DNA of 63,826 nucleotides, filler included, from Trichomonas gallinae (lineage: Eukaryota), in NCBI GenBank assembly GCA_008369845.1. It is 3 parts of 3 records of this genome, joined end to end, with 100 filler letters (N's around TTAATTAATTAA, not from the genome) between each part and the next. Parts side by side here need not be neighbours in the genome. Positions count along the whole stretch, not along the records: positions 28,376 to 56,036 come from MRSU01000657.1; 2 more parts are not named here. One strand, 5' to 3'. A program made the translations under genes and the position numbers. Below, one piece after another: positions 45,501 to 55,310 of the stretch (position 1 is its first letter; each line of letters begins with the position of its first letter). A model generated the notes under the pieces. The model was not told where the DNA came from, made no database searches, and was given only the letters and a program-made list of their open reading frames with translations.

Positions 45501-46410
45501 GTCGACTGTAATCAAAACAATGGTTGTCATGCCTTTATCGAAATTGACCGGAATGGTTCAATGGGTGAATGGCGCTGACACACTTAAGACGATTGTCGAG
45601 CAATACAGGTCATACGTCGATCCTCAGAAGAAATCTCCTCCGCGTGATCCACTCGAAGAATATAAGATTGCGACAGACATCGGCATATTCAACTACAACA
45701 ACCTACCTAATATACAGAAGATGGCAATTTTGCAAAAGGTCTTCGAGATTACTCCTGACACTGATATTGCGAATTTCTTGTGGCTGAAGTCAAGAGACGC
45801 AGAACACTGGCTACTTACAAGAAGAACATTTGCTGTTTCTTGTGCAGTCAACAGTGCCATTGGTTACATTATCGGCTTAGGCGATAGACATCCGTCAAAC
45901 ATTATGGTTGACAAGAACACAGGAAAAATGATACACATTGATTTCGGCGACTGCTTCGAAACAGCGATGAAGAGAAAGATATTGCCAGAAGTTGTCCCAT
46001 TCAGGTTGACAAGGATGATTGTCAAGGCAATGGGTGCAGCGAAGACAGGAGGAACATTCAGATCTATGTTCATCGATTATATGACAGTTCTTAGAGAAAA
46101 CTGGAGAGTTTTGATTCTCGTTTTGGCTGTTTTCGTTCACGAGCCACTCGTTGAAACCAATGACAGCACTCTTTTATCAGCACCATCTAGGCTCAAGAGA
46201 ATTGGAAGTGCAATTGATGCTGGAATGCAAGTTGTACAAGAAATTGATGATGCGGAATCAATCAGAATTCGCGTCAAGAACAAATTATTAGGCAATGATT
46301 TTGGAAAGGAGGCCATGTCAGTAGCTGACCAAACAGACAAATTGATCGCATCTGCTACAAATATTTATAATTTGTCCAAGATGTACAGCGGATGGTGCCC
46401 ATTCTGGTGA
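39562..46410 (+). CDS. TOR: TOR-like PIKK kinase (HEAT, FAT, divergent FRB, kinase, FATC)
   Basis: 'SKQKPK', 'LLKGHEDLRLDERIMQ', 'GLGDRHPSN', 'HIDFGDCFE', 'VPFRLTRM', FATC 'MYSGWCPFW'. Confidence 0.93.
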   Translation: MNLPNIECPDNFEGMLEAYEQYYTVFYHEMVRMSNVALNDYISKFLELVLRLAKTSDITDSFRVAVGIAALHRFGYNEFQKITDILEIIIPQKDLALVKFTSWCTGELVKHPGTEQAKYVGHLIQRIFGWIHAYGRRERYLAAAWMIYYITLNAPSSVTSFLPQIQAATYVLITRQSFRIIEATISALSQITFAVISYRRSEIENLMLFFHDLCLNLMSMYDPNKQISALQLLTRTAELYPDYFVSRGRLIMEKVSDILYDCQPMVNIHAIELYTQLIIIDPILINQFAMDDYFRDMEQLLVDFPNECSKCIIKLIDSAPSYIKEQRDEILTICETLIEAELYDDVFMIFHKLLKVLEDYFDEMGEDLLRLLASAKLSEYYKNFFVALTKLSIQNEDMVIFLLNNKIKECLESEDPLIVLKMISELPSSIFPADSTLLTQITKHANSKLSSIRIEVSRALFNVLKSQTDISPNAIVLQELQRAISDPDLYVRAAIIQCVGENCPAELASSEGLNWLRVFLNDDSTNVRINSIKALAKINRLNPVKSMAFSRNYLINCIYILENITSIRQKARTAKILPHLIESCKDVAKMYIDTFLKLFSKEVLETHDDEFFENFIERNSSIIVKKGFIDAIALLAPLDMELFSQHSSEIIPNLCQYLMRKEPRELILSVLNLLYILLSPLNSTKEIRSNCASILTSCTNLLLQTKSRELRMGILKVVGAIGLLDVHFEEDSRTKTVPDHVDADIARRFYIPMRDDDVIADSSLYLEPGKQEVFFGCYVTQLLLNIFNDINRSDLTIDTCDAMVHILQNKWNSLLPAFDKFYKFLLQFIQESETPEELAAYCEILIRVSNFSGSNIVPFLEETLSLLMSKFTSDDDLLMVRVVYAIVETTKDAFAPHYHGILCHLLSALENRKTSDAQVCEYIMKIFVFIAPYSSDQIFLVISQICDAIIFDQSLDAVRISGLNALKALADITDMMFAIGIIVRSLQFTLFDLETKSNTTEAAIGALVSLIKNYGKPFLFASSSILNRLKQNNIYTPELMDTITKVELGRQFEDAKQEKSEKKPKQVAEKFVINEELLIIRSENPNFGDEMNLQHWLYNFIKIIVSQNPRSSIRACSGLVAKSEFIAMRLFNVSFLSIWPQLSQKTKKVIQTSFKSILDAKESYTMVGRRIITLLIYMDKMRQPIDIPIEVIIKACEKYSGMAYALYMQEQHQLGLTSPKDKTRESVEKLIKIYCDVGQKENAICLFKNSHENLSNSIETKMRLGFYEECIEPLKKQLKKPANFALLINCLASMSKWEDITNYITYFNLIDDRQTKISVAAYLAEATMRLDRWDDLRGISEFTIEDNSRNIIVNALKALHDRKFDVVNDYVERGFSLIASKPLAIWSEYQQIQDETVILAQKLVELHEIAEWMRDTENRSHYENTWTQRHMTMPRDFSTWSDMLSNRILMTNVHDENLIKMFMLPGIYQNSFTALFPLRTQQSGSIIIKICEAIQNWRNMNKESALVQLDNIMKEFTDDTPKNIKAFAEMLYGTWISEIHDGVAELMKAYQHLNKATRFLDRTNLTVITAIDPSPQTSPTLPTPMHKRSQSFRKSVNFGIRSYGSKNFLLTPSAYRELMTNVLSFEVIRKWALVAAELINADPPNADKYVKTAIECLTSCANTSSTSFPDVVQLLNIFFEYANKWNLFAQTKESIRSLDTRYLLAASPQLLVQLSHPSSEISMFVADLVLSLLEKHYHSIVFSVITMQESSIEKRSIAASNIIENFRYKMPEELNEVDIIRDALIDLTVTLHEKCQTILGDIQAHIENQSWNLMKDSLDEMEGLYPTEPKNELEYSFCKEFKKSFEELRALNKADRTTSTMLNQINAWVNKFNVAISNSWNKVESIALNTVSPELCEMNEFSFAVPGTYKVDHEITRIKFFFEQVMVFTSKQKPKSISVMGSDGKVYQYLLKGHEDLRLDERIMQFFSTVNSIIKTSFSKSTVIKTMVVMPLSKLTGMVQWVNGADTLKTIVEQYRSYVDPQKKSPPRDPLEEYKIATDIGIFNYNNLPNIQKMAILQKVFEITPDTDIANFLWLKSRDAEHWLLTRRTFAVSCAVNSAIGYIIGLGDRHPSNIMVDKNTGKMIHIDFGDCFETAMKRKILPEVVPFRLTRMIVKAMGAAKTGGTFRSMFIDYMTVLRENWRVLILVLAVFVHEPLVETNDSTLLSAPSRLKRIGSAIDAGMQVVQEIDDAESIRIRVKNKLLGNDFGKEAMSVADQTDKLIASATNIYNLSKMYSGWCPFW

Positions 46411-46680
46411 TTTTTATCACTATTTTTTATCTTATCTAATCATAAATTTTTATCTATAGTTTTAATTTGACTTAAATCAATTTTCTAAAGTTGTGCGAAA
46501 ACTTTTCGCAAGAGCAAAATCTTCGAAGAAGAAAAAAAAAAATTCTATTTGATTAGAAATAATTTAGCTAAGGAGAACTTCTTATTAATGGATATAATCC
46601 GCTTATAAAGGCTTATCAATATTCTAATATACAACTATCCATGTAACTTAGAATTTTGACATGTATAGTTTTATTTTGAC

Positions 46681-47293
46681 ATGTATTCTATTTTGACATT
46701 TTTTAAAAAGTATAACTTATTTTGCTTATCCAGTAAACGACAATGATCTAAATGGTTTATTGTCGAAGCACAAGAAGATATTTAATATTCTTGCGAGCTC
46801 AACTAATTTTGATTATCCGAGAGTTCAAAATTTAGTTGATGGTAAATTTGATGGTAATGATTGGTGTTCATATGATATACCATATTCATATTTTGATATA
46901 GTATTCAATCCAAAGTATAAAATCTCGCCTACGAATTATACATTTCGCTCGCGTGGGCCGAATCATCCATATCCATTTAATCCATCATCTTGGGTCGTCC
47001 AGGGTAATGACGGAACAAATTGGATAAATATTAGTGATGAAAAGACTATAGTATTTACTGAAGTTGATACAAAAACTTTCTTGATTAAGAATCCAGTTGA
47101 AAATCTCATATCACTGCGTTTTATGCAGACAGATGTTAATCTCCACTTATCTTATTCTTATTTTTGTTTAAGAGATGTTGAATTATTTGGAATCATTAGG
47201 TTCATTCCAGGAAACACAATTTACATGAATTACATGTGTTATAACTATTTTTCACAACTGATATCAGCAATAACTCCTATTATATTTATCTAA
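46681..47293 (+). CDS. Galactose-binding/discoidin (F5/8-C)-like domain protein; 5' end frameshifted or truncated
   Basis: 'NLVDG...WCS...PTNYTFRSR...PSSWVVQGNDGTNW...LRFMQT...LRDVELFG' with a hydrophobic C-terminus. No in-frame ATG before the domain; the ATG at 46681 is out of frame by one base. Confidence 0.6.
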
Positions 47294-47572
47294 TATTTTT
47301 AAATAACTAGATATACGTGATTAAAGTAAAATAACATAGTATTCATTGACAGAAATAGCATAAATAGTTATATTTATTATAAAACAATTTATAATTTAAA
47401 TGTACATTATCGAAATTCAAATCATTACGGAAACTTTATAATAGATATGAGAAATGGTCATATTATAGGTGTTGAGCTAGTTTTTGTCTAAAGAGACGAT
47501 ATTGTATAATGAAATAATTTTTTCCAACATTTTTTTACGAAATGTGACATTTGATGTATTAATTAAAATTTA

Positions 47573-47773
47573 ATGTTTCATTGGACAGGAGGTTCATCAA
47601 AGACATTTAAAAAGCTATCAAAGAAGATTGAGATACCAGCCAGTTCTGCCAAGCCTTCAAATGAAATAAAAATTCTAATTTCTGAAAACATTGATGTTTT
47701 AACGGGAAGATTGCCTGCAAATGATCAAAATATAGATAATACCAATACATCAAAAAATGACTTAGCATGCTAA
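47573..47773 (+). CDS. Possible small hypothetical protein (66 aa)
   Basis: ATG ORF with somewhat higher GC than flanks; no family recognised. Confidence 0.35.
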   Translation: MFHWTGGSSKTFKKLSKKIEIPASSAKPSNEIKILISENIDVLTGRLPANDQNIDNTNTSKNDLAC

Positions 47774-48066
47774 GTCCATTGATTAAAAAATTTTTTAATA
47801 ATATGAATTTTTACTCATTCATCTATTTATATTTACACATATAGCCAAAATATCAATATATTAAACTAATTTTCATTGTTTCAAACAAAATTTTTTAAAT
47901 CAATATTCAATTAAGCTTAAATTATGAAGTTTATAGTCTATATTTTGGATATAGCTGCATCTTGTTGTTGTTTACAATATTATAAATAAAATTCAGCTAA
48001 ATATTGATTATTGATACGATTTGAAGAAGAAAAATCGCACCGAGATATATAAGGTTATTAAAAATA

Positions 48067-48573
48067 ATGATGGAAGGAGAGGATGAATATCATCCTGATA
48101 TAAATCCAGATGATGCATGCTCTATTGTATGGACGCCAATACCGATGCTCTCATGGTTATGCCCAGCCATTGGCCATGTTGGAGTTACTGACTCTAAAGG
48201 CTGCGTTTATGATTTCGAAGGTCCATATACAATAGGAAGGGGATGCATGCTTTTTGGTCATCCTGTACAACGATGGAAAGTTAGTGTCGATCCAAAACAA
48301 TGGGATGATGCAATAGATCGCATTTCAAACAAATTCACACATATTAATTATAATTTAATTACGTCGAATTGTCATTACTATGCTGCAGCCGTTTTACAGG
48401 AGGCTAAAGTCAAGCAAATTCCGCCGTTTGCTGGAAATTGGGTTGACGGAGCGACGGTTCAAATTATATATGGATTAATTCTTCATGGAAGAATCAAAAG
48501 CTTTGGTGGCCTGATCAAAACATGGCTTCCATTTCTTTTGTTCTTCTTTTTAATTTTCAAATTTGTTTTTTAA
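48067..48573 (+). CDS. TMEM222: TMEM222/RTE1 (DUF778) family protein
   Basis: 'CSIVWTPIP.LSWL.P.IGHVG...G..YDF.GPY' and 'YNLITSNCH'. Confidence 0.92.
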   Translation: MMEGEDEYHPDINPDDACSIVWTPIPMLSWLCPAIGHVGVTDSKGCVYDFEGPYTIGRGCMLFGHPVQRWKVSVDPKQWDDAIDRISNKFTHINYNLITSNCHYYAAAVLQEAKVKQIPPFAGNWVDGATVQIIYGLILHGRIKSFGGLIKTWLPFLLFFFLIFKFVF

Positions 48574-49017
48574 AACAAAAATACAAACTATCAACGGCTC
48601 TGTCATTGGTATGATAACAGAATACTTCTTCTTACGTATATTTTATTTCTCAAGCTTTTTTACTTCTTATATTTCATTATTTGTTTAAAAAAATACATTA
48701 GATTCAGTTACATCAGTTTTATTGATAATTTGCAATGTGTAATGTTCGAAATTTGGCTTTCTAATAATGAATGACATTATTCATAATAAATTAGTGAATT
48801 ATGAGTCTTTTCCATATAAAATTCTAACAATTTATAGTATCTGAGCCAAAATATTGGCTATTTCAAAGTTTCATTACATTTATTTTCTTAATTTATTTTT
48901 TTTTCTTAATTGTAGTTTTATTTTTCCGCAAATATATGAAGGAACAATAACATCTATATATATATAATACTCTTTTGTATTGTAGTGTGTTTTCCATAAT
49001 AACATTTTTTATTAAAT

Positions 49018-49977
49018 TCAATCTTTGTAATGCAATAAAAATTGAGAAATTTCCGGCGTTTTAGCAACATCTAAAGCTCCTTCTCTATCAGCATGTCTTT
49101 TACATAAGAACTCGACAATTTGGTAGTAACCATTCTTTGATGCACAAATCAATGCTGTTTCACCGAAACTATTTTTCGCATCAAGATTGCAGCCTTCATT
49201 TTCAAGCTTTATCACGCATTCAGTGAAACCTTTTCTCGCTGCAACGATAATAGGAGTATCCCTTGCCTTGTCTACAACATCTATGTTTGCTCCTTTATCA
49301 ATAAGAAGATTCATGGTATTAATATCTCCAACACGAGCTGCATGGAATAGTGCCGTGTAACCGTCCCTATCTTTACTATCAATTGGCACATCAAGAGTTA
49401 GTATATATTTAGCGATATCTTGCTTGCCAGACCAGATAGCTATCATTAATGCAGTGCATTCATCTCTGTTTGTATCATTGATGTTTGCGCCCAATTTTAC
49501 AAAATATTGGAAAAGTGATAAACTTCTAGATGCGGCAATCAAAAGTGGCGTTGAACCTTTTGGATCTCTACTTTCTATCGAAGCATGCCTATTTACTAAA
49601 AACTTCACAGCATCTTCTCTATTGTTAAGTGTGGCAATAATCAGTGGAGTGCATCCTTCAGCGTTTTTCTCGTCAATTGTTGCTCCGTTGTCTGCTAAAT
49701 ATTTTAACAAATTTATGTTTCCTTGTCTTGCTGCAAACATTATCGCAGTGTTTCCCTGTTTGTCTTTGGCATTTACATTTTTACCGCTTTGAATTAGGTG
49801 CTGAACATTTGCGATATCTCCTTTATCTGCGGCAATTAGAATACTTGAATCAAATTTTTCTTGCTGTGGTTGTCTAGTTGCAGCAATTCTACGGGCTGGA
49901 GGCGATGGAGCTTTTTTACGAGTATTTACTACTGGTTTTCGCGCTGGAGCTTTAGAGATCGGAACAGATTTCTTCAT
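49018..49977 (-). CDS. Ankyrin repeat protein with basic N-terminal extension
   Basis: About 8 ankyrin repeats (G.TPL/TAL..AA..G...V..L...GA.I). Confidence 0.92.
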   Translation of the reverse strand: MKKSVPISKAPARKPVVNTRKKAPSPPARRIAATRQPQQEKFDSSILIAADKGDIANVQHLIQSGKNVNAKDKQGNTAIMFAARQGNINLLKYLADNGATIDEKNAEGCTPLIIATLNNREDAVKFLVNRHASIESRDPKGSTPLLIAASRSLSLFQYFVKLGANINDTNRDECTALMIAIWSGKQDIAKYILTLDVPIDSKDRDGYTALFHAARVGDINTMNLLIDKGANIDVVDKARDTPIIVAARKGFTECVIKLENEGCNLDAKNSFGETALICASKNGYYQIVEFLCKRHADREGALDVAKTPEISQFLLHYKD

Positions 49978-50585
49978 TTATTTAATTGCCACGTTTCTTT
50001 TCAAAATTTCGCCTGCTTAATTCCTACAAAACCGAAATATATGCGCGATTATTAACAATTTTGTTAATCAAATTCCAAAATTTTGAAATGCATGCGTATA
50101 TGCACGATTTAATGCATTATATTAGGTAACATTCACCTTCTTATTATCATGATTCATTTAATTCTATGATAAAAGATGATAAGAAATTTCAATCAGAAAG
50201 ATATGACTTAAACATAGATAATAACCTAATAATTAGAAAAATTTTATCTGTAAGTCTAGATAATCTCATATTAAGTTCAAATACATTAATAATTTATTCT
50301 TCATATAATAAAATGAAAGAGCAAAGCTACAATTTAGTTGCAATGCAAAAAAAACTTGTATATATTTAATTTTCATAATGAATAAACAAATTCACCATCA
50401 ATGTTTGCATGATTGAATTAGATAAATGATTATCATAAAAACTACATATGATTCTTATTAGAATCAATATTCAATGCAGCTGCTTGAATTTTTTATTCTT
50501 TGAAGATATTTTAAACAGATGAATCTAATGAATAAAAATAGTTTTATGAATAAATACATGATACTACAAAAAATAAATATATATC

Positions 50586-53500
50586 TTAGTCATGATGTGT
50601 TGTATATCCACTAACAAGATAAGTCTTGATCATCTTATCCTTGATGTTGACCTCTCCTCTCTCTTTGAAAACGAACTCTTGGTCATAAACAAGGTCGTAC
50701 ATGTGTTGAGGAATATGGACATTCATTGGAACACCATGATGCTCCATGGCAGCTGCAACTGAAATTGCTGAACCCAATATATCGAAAGTTGGCTTTTCGA
50801 TACCTAAAACGCCAGCAATGATTGGACCACCGCAGTTGATGCCTGCTCTAATTCTAAGCTGCATCTTATTTTCGATGTTGAAAAGACTCAAGCCGTTAAT
50901 TGCATCCAAGCAGAATGAAATTGCCTGCTTTGCATGAAGGGCTGGATTGTTCACTTCATCAAAAATTCCTCCAGCAGCCATATAGCAGTCACCGATGCAC
51001 TTGATCTTGATCATCTTATCTTGTCTTGAGAGCGAAGTATCGAACATCTTGAACATTTTGTTGAGCGTCGACATAACAGTCTTTGCGTCGAGGGAGCCAC
51101 ACCATGGGGTGAATGAAACGATATCCATGAACAAAATTGACGCAGATGGAACAGCGAAAGAAATATTTGAATCTCCACGCTGAAGCTGCTTAACAATTCT
51201 GTCTGGTAAAATCATCTTGAGGAGGTTTTCGCCCTTGTGGTGTTCTTCGTCTAAGAGTCTCTTCGCTGCCTGAGCTTGTGTTGTGTCTCTCATGACTATA
51301 ATAACCATTGCAAGTCCTTCTCTGTTTATGGATGAAATCTGGACTTCACCGACTAAAGAAACTGCGATAACATTAAATTCGACGTTAATGATATCGTTTC
51401 CTCGCTTGACTTCTGCTTCCATTGTGATTCTTGGGGATCTCATGTTATTCATTGACGTGTTGAGCGCAGCAATGAATGTCTTGAGAGATGTGTCGCGTTC
51501 TTCTGGTGCGTGAACGATTTCTTCGAACTGCTTACCGATTGTGTCATTTGGCGAAATTCCAAGAATATTTTCAACAGCAGCGTTCGATGAAATAACCTTA
51601 AGAGAGTTATTCATGAAAACGCATCCATCTGGAAGATTAGAGACAAGCTGTTCATAGAATGAGCTGTCCTTTGAATTTTCATCGTCGTTTGTGGAGAAAT
51701 CATTGGATAAGATCTTCAAAATTGTCTTGGAGTTGATGACATCTTTAGGATCAGCAAGCAAGAACAGTTTGATTGTTCCCAGTGTTGACTCAGCTATGAT
51801 ATCGATGCCAACCATAGCAAATAAGCCAACGATTGCCAAGATGAGGATAATGATAATAATAGGAATTGTCATTTGGTTCCTAAGATCATCATTTTCCTTT
51901 TCCATTTCAGATTGGATGATATCGAAACCTGGTGTTACGACAGTGTCCATGAGCTTAAGCTGTGACCAGAGAATTGCTGTACCTAATCTGAAATCATTTT
52001 GATGTGGCGCAGCAGCAAGAAGATCCTGGAGTGTTTCAATGACAGCATAGGCAGAAGTTTCAATTGATGTGCATGTTAATGTTCCAACAGCGCCTGCGAG
52101 GAACGTAGATTCATGGCATGTTGAGTTTGAGTAAAGCTCAACGAATTTGTCTCCAGCTGTATATGCTCCTTTGTCTCCTTCACCCTGCCACCATTCTTTG
52201 ATGTATTGAGGGAATGTATTGATGCATTTCTCTTCGAGCCATTTCATTGTAGTAATGAAATCAACTGTATCATTATGTGTGCTATTATAAGCTGGATATG
52301 CCTTCAAGTTATATCTAAGAGCTGTCATGATAACCGACTGCAAAGCTGTTGGCGCTTTGATGAGGTTGTAAAGTTGAGGTGAAATGTTTCTCATTGTTGT
52401 CGAAATGTTGATAGGAGTTACATAGAAAATGTAGAAGATGATGAATGAGGCGGCAATATAGATAAGCTGTGGGGCAATAAGATATCCAATTAACTTGAAA
52501 TCTATTGTTGACTGCGTGTTTGCTGTTGACAAAATTCTCAAAGCATTTTCTTCTTGTCTATCGAGTTTTTGTTCGTCATCATTTTCGATGTTTCTATTCA
52601 AATACTGGTTCAAGTTCTGGATAATCTGAGTAATTGATCTCTTTGGAATAGCCTTGAATGCATTGGATACCATCGCCTTTTCGTTTTGTACTAGCATGAT
52701 TTCATAAATAATGATGCCGATTTCAAGAACAACCATGACAATTAAATCGAAAATTAACATGATTTGTTCTGTTTCGATTCTAAATGTGAACAAAGCGTCT
52801 GTTTCCACAACAGCTGAATCCATGATTTTGTCCCAAAAGTTTTTAACAGAAACGATTCCAAATGAAAGAGTTGCAAAATTGCCTTCAAACCATGTACCAT
52901 TTTTAGGATCAGACAAAATATCAGTACCGATCTTGATGACGTAAAGAATATAAGACTGCATTGAAAACATTCCTTGTGTGTGAGGTGTTGTATTCGCTGC
53001 TGTGAAATAGATCCTAATCGGGCCAGTTAGATTGAAAGAGTAATGTAATGTTGTGTTGTAAAATCCTGTATCTTTCATCATAGGAAGCATGAGTTCGTAC
53101 TTTTGCGTGTAATACCTTAATGACGACAATGTCTTGAATAGCACGTCTTTGTCTGTATAAGGATAACCATCATCACCAGAAATTAATTTGTATTGTTCTT
53201 TGATAGATGGGAATAATCCGTTTTCTGAGCCGACATATTGTATAACATCTGTCATTGTCTGCAAAATGTTTACGTACATTTCAGCAATGTATCTGAGTGA
53301 AATAGCTGACTGTATGTTCGTAGATATTCGCTTTGGAATGATGATCAAATAAGGAATCGTCGCAACAAGTAAAACAACGAAGAACATGAAGAATAATAAT
53401 GCTTTGATTATGACTGTTGACGGCAGCTTGATTGACTGAATTGCATGTTCGACGTATTGATGCTCCTGTGATATCTCTCTGCTGTTGACACCCAGGTCTC

Positions 53501-55310
53501 CGTGAAGTTCGCCTGTTGACATCATTCCGGAGTTGAACATCATTGATGGATTCGACATGATTCCCGATTTAACACCTATGATATTTGTCTGCTTCTCTTG
53601 ATTATAAAATGCGTGATCTTTATCTATAGGAAGTGTAGGAATTTCTGATATAGCGAAGAAGTAGCCTTTCTCTACGTGAAGTTGCTTGCCGACTTTAAGC
53701 GATTGGTAGATCTTGTAATATTCATTTGATAATTTTGCATCACAAACGACACTTTCCAAGAATTGAGAGTAAGCACGAGCAACAAATGGGTTGTTTGGAT
53801 AGATAAGCAAAAGCTGTGAGTATTCTTTTTGAACTTGTTTCGAAAGATTTTGTAATTGAATGGAAAGTAAGTTAATTTCAGCTGTGGAGCCTCTGATAAC
53901 GCACTCCCAGATTCTTCTTGCTTGTGCAATGCAGCGATCTGATCTATCTTTAGTTTTCTTTAATTGCTTCTTAAGTCCTTTCGTTAAGTTGCGCTCTCTA
54001 AGTTGGAGCAATGACTGTAGATCGTGTAGAAGTTTCTTACATTCCATATCATTCTTCTTAATTGCGATTAAACGGATAATTGAATCACGAACTCTATCAA
54101 TTTCGTCTGGATAAATGGCAGAGAATCTTGCATATAGGAGTGTAATCGATCTATCATTAGGATATCTAACGAAAGCGTCTGTGATGAAATTCCAATTATG
54201 AAGTTGCTGGAAACCATGGAAGAAACCTATTTTTGTCATGCTCAATATCTTTTTGTGGCTGTACTGTTCGAAAAAGTCCATGCCAGTATATTGCTCAAGT
54301 ATGAGCATCTCTTTTAATACGTAATGTTTTTCGATTGCAGCACCTACAACAGCAACAATGATTATAAGGATGAGATATGAAACTACGATCGATTCATTGC
54401 TTTTTGCGCCGATTATTTCAAGAACAGGAATTAAAATGCGATAAAATATATTAACGATAAACATTCCTTGGAAAAATCGCTTCAATGTATCTGAAAGCCA
54501 GACGTGATTTCTTGTTGTAATGTAAAAAGCCAATATATCTCCAATTAATGCGACAATTGCAACAATTTGCGCTGCAAGATTTCCCAAATTTGCTCCAATT
54601 TGAGAACAAAGGATGGAAAACGACGTTGCTGCGATAAATACCTGTAATTCGCGAATGAAGAAGATGCCATGAACAGTTGCGCGGAAATTTATGTTGGCAG
54701 GAACAAATATCGAGTGTAAAACGAAGAATACAGCATATGTAATTATGCTTATGACTATATTTATAACTCTTATTGGAGTTACTCCGTTTTTATGAATAGA
54801 ATCGATTTCAGACGAAAAATAAGTAACTTCGACATTCATCATATAAGGAATTGAGCAGATGACGAAAGTCGAGATGATTGAGACTTGTATGTGCGAAAGT
54901 TTAGATTGTACGTGGAAATAATACATTGACGCAAAAATGTAAATAAAAGTAAACAAAGCCAAAAGAGATACGACAAGAGCAACATAGGAATAAACATCTG
55001 GGTCTAATGTTGGTATGTTTACCTGGGTTAATGCTGAAACAATAACGAATATTTTCGACATTGTTGTTTCTGTTCCGTAAAAATCTTTATTTGTGACTTG
55101 TATAACTGCTGTCATTATTTGCATCATGAAGAAAACTCGGAATATCGATATTACAAGTTTTGCTGAAGGTGCAGTCGAAAAAATATAATTGAAATAACGG
55201 AAGAAAATCTCCTGTAGAGTCTTCGACAGCCTCCTCTTGAGGATCTTCCCGAATCTGTTATGTTGAAGAAGAACTGAAGTCTGTGTCTGCGAATTTTCTC
55301 CTTCAATCAT
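50586..55310 (-). CDS. Multi-pass transmembrane class III adenylyl cyclase with PAS-like domain
   Basis: Many TM segments, PAS-like 'LPDGCVF...NAAVENILG', catalytic 'FMDIVSFT', 'KIKCIGDCYMA', 'KPTFDILG'. Start MIEGENS at 55310. Confidence 0.93.
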   Translation of the reverse strand: MIEGENSQTQTSVLLQHNRFGKILKRRLSKTLQEIFFRYFNYIFSTAPSAKLVISIFRVFFMMQIMTAVIQVTNKDFYGTETTMSKIFVIVSALTQVNIPTLDPDVYSYVALVVSLLALFTFIYIFASMYYFHVQSKLSHIQVSIISTFVICSIPYMMNVEVTYFSSEIDSIHKNGVTPIRVINIVISIITYAVFFVLHSIFVPANINFRATVHGIFFIRELQVFIAATSFSILCSQIGANLGNLAAQIVAIVALIGDILAFYITTRNHVWLSDTLKRFFQGMFIVNIFYRILIPVLEIIGAKSNESIVVSYLILIIIVAVVGAAIEKHYVLKEMLILEQYTGMDFFEQYSHKKILSMTKIGFFHGFQQLHNWNFITDAFVRYPNDRSITLLYARFSAIYPDEIDRVRDSIIRLIAIKKNDMECKKLLHDLQSLLQLRERNLTKGLKKQLKKTKDRSDRCIAQARRIWECVIRGSTAEINLLSIQLQNLSKQVQKEYSQLLLIYPNNPFVARAYSQFLESVVCDAKLSNEYYKIYQSLKVGKQLHVEKGYFFAISEIPTLPIDKDHAFYNQEKQTNIIGVKSGIMSNPSMMFNSGMMSTGELHGDLGVNSREISQEHQYVEHAIQSIKLPSTVIIKALLFFMFFVVLLVATIPYLIIIPKRISTNIQSAISLRYIAEMYVNILQTMTDVIQYVGSENGLFPSIKEQYKLISGDDGYPYTDKDVLFKTLSSLRYYTQKYELMLPMMKDTGFYNTTLHYSFNLTGPIRIYFTAANTTPHTQGMFSMQSYILYVIKIGTDILSDPKNGTWFEGNFATLSFGIVSVKNFWDKIMDSAVVETDALFTFRIETEQIMLIFDLIVMVVLEIGIIIYEIMLVQNEKAMVSNAFKAIPKRSITQIIQNLNQYLNRNIENDDEQKLDRQEENALRILSTANTQSTIDFKLIGYLIAPQLIYIAASFIIFYIFYVTPINISTTMRNISPQLYNLIKAPTALQSVIMTALRYNLKAYPAYNSTHNDTVDFITTMKWLEEKCINTFPQYIKEWWQGEGDKGAYTAGDKFVELYSNSTCHESTFLAGAVGTLTCTSIETSAYAVIETLQDLLAAAPHQNDFRLGTAILWSQLKLMDTVVTPGFDIIQSEMEKENDDLRNQMTIPIIIIILILAIVGLFAMVGIDIIAESTLGTIKLFLLADPKDVINSKTILKILSNDFSTNDDENSKDSSFYEQLVSNLPDGCVFMNNSLKVISSNAAVENILGISPNDTIGKQFEEIVHAPEERDTSLKTFIAALNTSMNNMRSPRITMEAEVKRGNDIINVEFNVIAVSLVGEVQISSINREGLAMVIIVMRDTTQAQAAKRLLDEEHHKGENLLKMILPDRIVKQLQRGDSNISFAVPSASILFMDIVSFTPWCGSLDAKTVMSTLNKMFKMFDTSLSRQDKMIKIKCIGDCYMAAGGIFDEVNNPALHAKQAISFCLDAINGLSLFNIENKMQLRIRAGINCGGPIIAGVLGIEKPTFDILGSAISVAAAMEHHGVPMNVHIPQHMYDLVYDQEFVFKERGEVNIKDKMIKTYLVSGYTTHHD

